Source: an uncultured bacterium (GTDB lineage Bacteria; Patescibacteriota; Minisyncoccia; Phycocordibacterales; PALSA-1337). Taken from it: a stretch of 64,000 bases of DNA. A model generated the notes under the pieces. That model was given only the letters and a program-made list of their open reading frames with translations. It ran no database searches and was not told the origin of the DNA. Positions 59,591 through 64,000 of the stretch are shown here, piece after piece. The stretch covers positions 13,464 through 77,463 of the forward strand of contig CAWKEA010000002.1 in the NCBI GenBank assembly GCA_963848635.1, in the 5' to 3' direction. The translations under genes were made by a program, and so were the position numbers. Position 1 is the first letter of the stretch; the number at the start of each line of letters is the position of its first letter.

Positions 59591-60775
59591 ATGCGTCACC
59601 AGGAACCTATTGCCCGCTTTAAAAAGATCATATATTCGATCGGCCTGATCAATTTCATCTTTACGCTCCACTTGGCCATACCTGCGTATATCGATTCTTC
59701 ATATCTGAGCCTGTTTGCCAGCGAGAATTTTGTCGGCGTCGTCTACATGGCGGCGGCGGGCATGACTGTTCTCGCCTTTTTCCTCATATACCGTGTCTTG
59801 AAAAGATACGGCGACTACGCCACGGCTATCGGGCTCATCGCCCTTGATGCCATAACCATGGTCGGCATCATCTGGGGGCAATCGCCTGTCATAATCGAGA
59901 TTTCCTTCGTCCTCAACATGGCGATCTTGGCCCTTGTCGGATTCACCAACGACGTCTTCCTCGAGACGTATACGGAAGTTTCGCACACAGGCCAAGTCCG
60001 CGGCTGGTTTTTGGCTTTGGAAAACAGCGCGTGGATACTTTCACCGTTGATCGCGGGCATACTGATAACAGACCATGTCTATACTCGAGTCTTCATCGCT
60101 TCCCTTTCCCTGCTCGTGCCAGTCGCCTATCTTGTCCATAAAAATCTCCATAGATTCGCCGACTCTCCTTACGAATCGCCATCGGTGGGGGTAACGATCC
60201 GCGAGATCGCCGGTTTCCCGGACATTTGGAAGCTCTTCATGATCAATATATTCCTCCAGACTTTTTACTGCTGGATGGTCATCTACACGCCGCTGTACCT
60301 TTTGAACGTCGTCGGCTTCGATTGGTCGTCGATCGGCATCATTTTGACCGTCATGCTCGTGCCGTTCGTGCTCATACAAGCGCCCTTCGGACGCATCGCC
60401 GACCGAGGCTGGGGAGAAAAGCGCCTCATGGCTCTCGGTTTCATCGTCATGGGAGCGACCACTATCGCTCTATCGTTCATCCACTCGCCGTCGATCATAA
60501 TCTGGGCAAGCGCGCTTTTTGCCACGCGCATCGGCGCGGCCCTGGCGGAAGTCATGATAGAGACCTATTTCTTCAAGAAAGTGAAGCCGCGAAATTCGAA
60601 CATCCTTTCGCTCTTTCGCACGACCCGCCAGATCCCTTATTTCATCGCCCCGATCATAACAGGTGTCGGCCTTATGTTCACGGATTCGACCGGCTTGTTC
60701 ACCATTCTCGGCGTCATCTGCTTCCTGCCGCTATTCCTCATCGCTTTCATACATGATACTGACCGGATCATATAG
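59591..60775 (+). CDS. MFS transporter
   Basis: 12 TM pattern, GRIADR.WGEK. Confidence 0.88.
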   Translation: MRHQEPIARFKKIIYSIGLINFIFTLHLAIPAYIDSSYLSLFASENFVGVVYMAAAGMTVLAFFLIYRVLKRYGDYATAIGLIALDAITMVGIIWGQSPVIIEISFVLNMAILALVGFTNDVFLETYTEVSHTGQVRGWFLALENSAWILSPLIAGILITDHVYTRVFIASLSLLVPVAYLVHKNLHRFADSPYESPSVGVTIREIAGFPDIWKLFMINIFLQTFYCWMVIYTPLYLLNVVGFDWSSIGIILTVMLVPFVLIQAPFGRIADRGWGEKRLMALGFIVMGATTIALSFIHSPSIIIWASALFATRIGAALAEVMIETYFFKKVKPRNSNILSLFRTTRQIPYFIAPIITGVGLMFTDSTGLFTILGVICFLPLFLIAFIHDTDRII

Positions 60776-60896
60776 ACCATCAGAAATGACGATCAAAAGC
60801 AGAAAAGACCGGATTGCCTGTCATTCTATATAAAAAGTACACGATAAAGGAAAACTAATTCCTTTAAAAGTTTCTCTCTTTTTTCAATATTTTTCT

Positions 60897-61706
60897 TTAC
60901 ATCTTCACCGCCTCCAAGTAAAGGAAAAGGGGTATCTCGTGACGGGTGCGGTCTTCTTCGGCGCCGCGAGGGCCGCCATTGCTTTTCTTGGTCGAAACCC
61001 ATTCTTCGAGGCGCGTCACCGCGAGGCCTGCCTTGCCGAGAGCTTTGAAATAGCTCTGAAGCGGGCGATGGAATGACACGGTCGCTTTCTTTGATCGTGC
61101 GGCTGTCGACCCGGGGTTCATATCGATCTCAATTTTCGTTTCGGACATATAGGCGTCGATGCGGCGATATTGCCGTGCTGATTCAGCATCCCATCCCCAG
61201 GCCGAGCTCTTCGGAACGCGGAAAGCAGGATGATTAAGGACAAGAAAAAGCTTGCCGCCCTTTTTGAGCGCGCGAGCCGCTTCGGCCAACGTCCCGCCCA
61301 GATTCTCGATATTTTGAAGGGCAAGGACGATGATGGCCTTGTCAAAAGAGGCGTCTACTGCGAACTCGAGCTTGTCTGCGGGAGCGACATTGAATGACGC
61401 GTTCTTCTCTGGATGTTCACGGGCAAGACTGACGAGCTCAACCGAGATATCGGCTCCGACGACTAACGCGCCTTTTTGAGCGAAGGCTCGGGAAAAGAAT
61501 CCTTGGCCGCAGGCGATGTCCAAGATCCGTTCCTTGTCGTCCGGTGCGACGAGGCGCAAGAGATTCGGCAGGATGAGATCAGCCTGATATGTGCCCTTCT
61601 TCTCTTCGACCAAAGCATCATACCAATCCGCCACGATTCCCCATGAAGTTTCCTTTGGCTGGGCGGCTTTATCTTTTTCTGATTTTTTCATAGCAACTTT
61701 TTTCAC
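60897..61706 (-). CDS. class I SAM-dependent methyltransferase
   Basis: ILDIACGQG, GADIS, HPAF, FHRPL. Confidence 0.88.
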   Translation of the reverse strand: MKKVAMKKSEKDKAAQPKETSWGIVADWYDALVEEKKGTYQADLILPNLLRLVAPDDKERILDIACGQGFFSRAFAQKGALVVGADISVELVSLAREHPEKNASFNVAPADKLEFAVDASFDKAIIVLALQNIENLGGTLAEAARALKKGGKLFLVLNHPAFRVPKSSAWGWDAESARQYRRIDAYMSETKIEIDMNPGSTAARSKKATVSFHRPLQSYFKALGKAGLAVTRLEEWVSTKKSNGGPRGAEEDRTRHEIPLFLYLEAVKM

Positions 61707-61851
61707 AGGATGAGTGTATCATACATGGAATAAGGCACAATCACTGCGTCAAATGTCCCAATTATCAGTCATTTTAATGCATCAAAAAAATAAATGAAAC
61801 CAAGAGCGTCGATCGCTCTTTTTGTTCCGCAGATGAAGCCTCCCGATTCCT

Positions 61852-63150
61852 TTATTTTTTTCTGAAGTCCTTGATCGCCTCCCATATCAATCCGCCATAC
61901 CTCACGCTGAGTATCATGGCCGTCGTCCAGAATATGCCGGCCGAATAGCCAGCGATGATGTCAGAGAGCCAGTGCACCCCAAGAACGAGCCTGCTCCCGC
62001 CGACAAACAGCGTGATGATCACGAGACCGATGACAAAGAACCAGCGCCACTGCTTTGATCGTATCTTTGGAGCAAAGAAATAAACGAGCAAGATCAAGGC
62101 TCCCGCTATAGCCGTGGCATGGCCCGAAGGAAAGCTGAAATCCGAAAGACTGATGAGCGCGTCGACCGGACGCGGACTGCCGATCGCATTTTTAAGGAAC
62201 TCGGTCAAAAGATATCCTCCGACAAGAGATGAAAGGACGATATAAAAATGACGCCATCGCTTTTGTATGAAAAAATAGACCGACAGGCAGACGGCGACGA
62301 CCGCCAAGGTAGCTGGACCAAAACAAGCGCTTATGACGATGGACGCGGATACGAGCCATGGCGCCATAGCCGCCAGATTGCTGAACCAAACATTCGCCGC
62401 AACATCGGGTAGAAGCATGAAATGATGCCAACCAGAGATGCCTTGGAGCATGGCGGCAAAGCCGCACAACGCCAAAACGTTCAATATGAGGGCAAAAAGC
62501 TCGTATTTTGCGAATATATGGAATCGCTTGCTGATGAAATAATAAGCGACGGCGATGAGCACAGCAACGATAAGGCCAATGAGAATGACGCGACCGAAAT
62601 AGACTGACGCGACGGCATAGCTTGCCCCAAACACGTAGCCGACGACAAATGCCAGCGCCGTCCACGATACGTTTGCAAGAACGTCGATCAGAATAAAACG
62701 GCCGAAAGAGACCTTGCTTGACCCTACTGTGAATGGAACGAGCGAGCGAGTCAAGGGATTGAATTTACCGATGAATATCGCCTTGCTCAAATGTCCTGAA
62801 ATAAGATTTTTGATCTTCTCGACAGATTCTGTTTTGATCGAGAATAGCTTGCCGACACGAATCAGGAACGAATAGCCGTATTTCTTGCCCAAGAAATAGC
62901 CGGCAATGTCTCCAAGGATCATTCCAGAGAGCGATGCCGCTATGACAGCATCGAATCTCAAAGCTCCGATCTTTGCGAGGAACATGGCAAAAAAAACGAC
63001 GGTGTGGCTCGGAGAAAGAAAGCCGATCGGAGGTATGCCTTCGATAAAAGTGACCGCGAAGACGACTGCCGGCCCTCCAGTGGAAAGCCATGATTCTATC
63101 CAAGGCTGGATCTGTGACAGATGGAGAAAGAAGGGATGAAGGTGATGCAT
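61852..63150 (-). CDS. DedA + PAP2 phosphatase fusion
   Basis: LGDIAGY.LG; K...PRP, SFPSGH, SRLVLGVHWLSD. Confidence 0.9.
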   Translation of the reverse strand: MHHLHPFFLHLSQIQPWIESWLSTGGPAVVFAVTFIEGIPPIGFLSPSHTVVFFAMFLAKIGALRFDAVIAASLSGMILGDIAGYFLGKKYGYSFLIRVGKLFSIKTESVEKIKNLISGHLSKAIFIGKFNPLTRSLVPFTVGSSKVSFGRFILIDVLANVSWTALAFVVGYVFGASYAVASVYFGRVILIGLIVAVLIAVAYYFISKRFHIFAKYELFALILNVLALCGFAAMLQGISGWHHFMLLPDVAANVWFSNLAAMAPWLVSASIVISACFGPATLAVVAVCLSVYFFIQKRWRHFYIVLSSLVGGYLLTEFLKNAIGSPRPVDALISLSDFSFPSGHATAIAGALILLVYFFAPKIRSKQWRWFFVIGLVIITLFVGGSRLVLGVHWLSDIIAGYSAGIFWTTAMILSVRYGGLIWEAIKDFRKK

Positions 63151-63333
63151 GAGGATGCGCTAAGGCTGGGGATAGTGGGGATAATTGTAACATATAAACG
63201 CATAAAGATGTTGTATACTAGTACTGTTCGTTCAAATGCAATAATATAGATATAAAGAGCTCCCCGCGTCGAGGATATACTATCTCTATTCCGACCTGGC
63301 GCTCGAAATGAGAGATTTCATAAATTTACTCCC

Positions 63334-64000
63334 ATGAAAATACTTTTTGTAGACGACGACGCGGAGCTCCGCGATATAATGACAGACAATCTGCAGTCAG
63401 AGTCGTATACCGTCGACACCGCCCCCGATGGCAAAAAAGGCTCATACATGGCCCGCACGAACCGCTATGATCTCGTTATACTTGATTATTCGATGCCTGA
63501 AAAGAACGGCCAAGTAGTGGTGCAAGAGATCAGAGGAGCCGGCTTGACTATGCCGATAGTGCTCCTTTCGGTCATCGATGACATCGAGAAGAAAGTGGCG
63601 ATCTTGGAAAGCGGAGCCGATGATTATGTCGAGAAGCCTTTTGCTTATACCGAACTCTCGGCCCGAATAAAAGCCATATTGCGCAGGCCACCACAGATCA
63701 AGCAGGAGATAATGGCCGTAGGCGATATCGTACTCGACCTTGGAAGCAATACTGTCACCCTAGCCGGATCGCCTTTGTATCTTACGCGAAAAGAATTCAA
63801 TCTTTTGCAGTATCTCGTCAGCAACAAAAATACCGTGCTGTCGCGAAGCATGATCATGGAGCATGTTTGGAATGCCGATAGCGACCCTTTTTCGAATACG
63901 ATCGAGGCTCATATCACAAATCTGCGCAAAAAGATACGTCGGAAAAATTGCGATTATATACGAAATGTGCCGGGCCGCGGCTACATGATCACGGATGGAA
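63334..64000 (+). CDS. OmpR-family response regulator (runs off window)
   Basis: MKILFVDDD, DLVILD, GADDYVEKPF, LTRKEF.LL, RNVPGRGY. Confidence 0.92.
   Translation, partial: MKILFVDDDAELRDIMTDNLQSESYTVDTAPDGKKGSYMARTNRYDLVILDYSMPEKNGQVVVQEIRGAGLTMPIVLLSVIDDIEKKVAILESGADDYVEKPFAYTELSARIKAILRRPPQIKQEIMAVGDIVLDLGSNTVTLAGSPLYLTRKEFNLLQYLVSNKNTVLSRSMIMEHVWNADSDPFSNTIEAHITNLRKKIRRKNCDYIRNVPGRGYMITDG

Noticed and set aside
1051-63150. Impression that CGATCG/TCGA words are over-represented (HIP1-like)
   Set aside because: I could not quantify this by eye, and ATC/GAC/GTC/GAG codon preference may explain it. It needs a codon-aware k-mer test.

Overview
Bacterial chromosome segment (genetic code 11). 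Gene content and style fit a CPR/Patescibacteria (Parcubacteria-like) genome; this is an inference. The housekeeping backbone is gyrA, hisS, a UvrD-nuclease fusion, rpoD, dnaG, mnmA, mltG, htpX/lemA, pyrG, ftsEX, uppP, a DEAD-box helicase, rmuC, msrA/B and a dipZ-like gene, plus tRNA-Gln(CTG), tRNA-Pro(CGG) and an interrupted tRNA-Ala(CGC). An AT-richer island at ~31.4-38.7 kb lies just 3' of tRNA-Gln. It holds a complete diversity-generating retroelement (DGR): target with VR, TR, RT and avd. Its avd is on the opposite strand and is translated through an (AG)11 microsatellite, a candidate phase-variable switch. The island also holds cargo segments separated by four ~36-45 bp repeats that look like tRNA-3'-end/recombinase att sites. 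Other highlights are a tRNA-Ala/tmRNA-like ncRNA with an anti-SD loop and a downstream antisense copy (16 kb), 163-bp tandem repeats carrying the tRNA-Pro 3' end, pervasive leaderless promoters, palindromes inserted in frame in proteins, an AT-rich domain swap inside hisS, and apparently foreign genes (VPDSG-CTERM protein, orphan purF). Several essential genes carry indels (dnaG, pyrG, ftsX), so the consensus probably has read errors and single-copy oddities need read-level confirmation.
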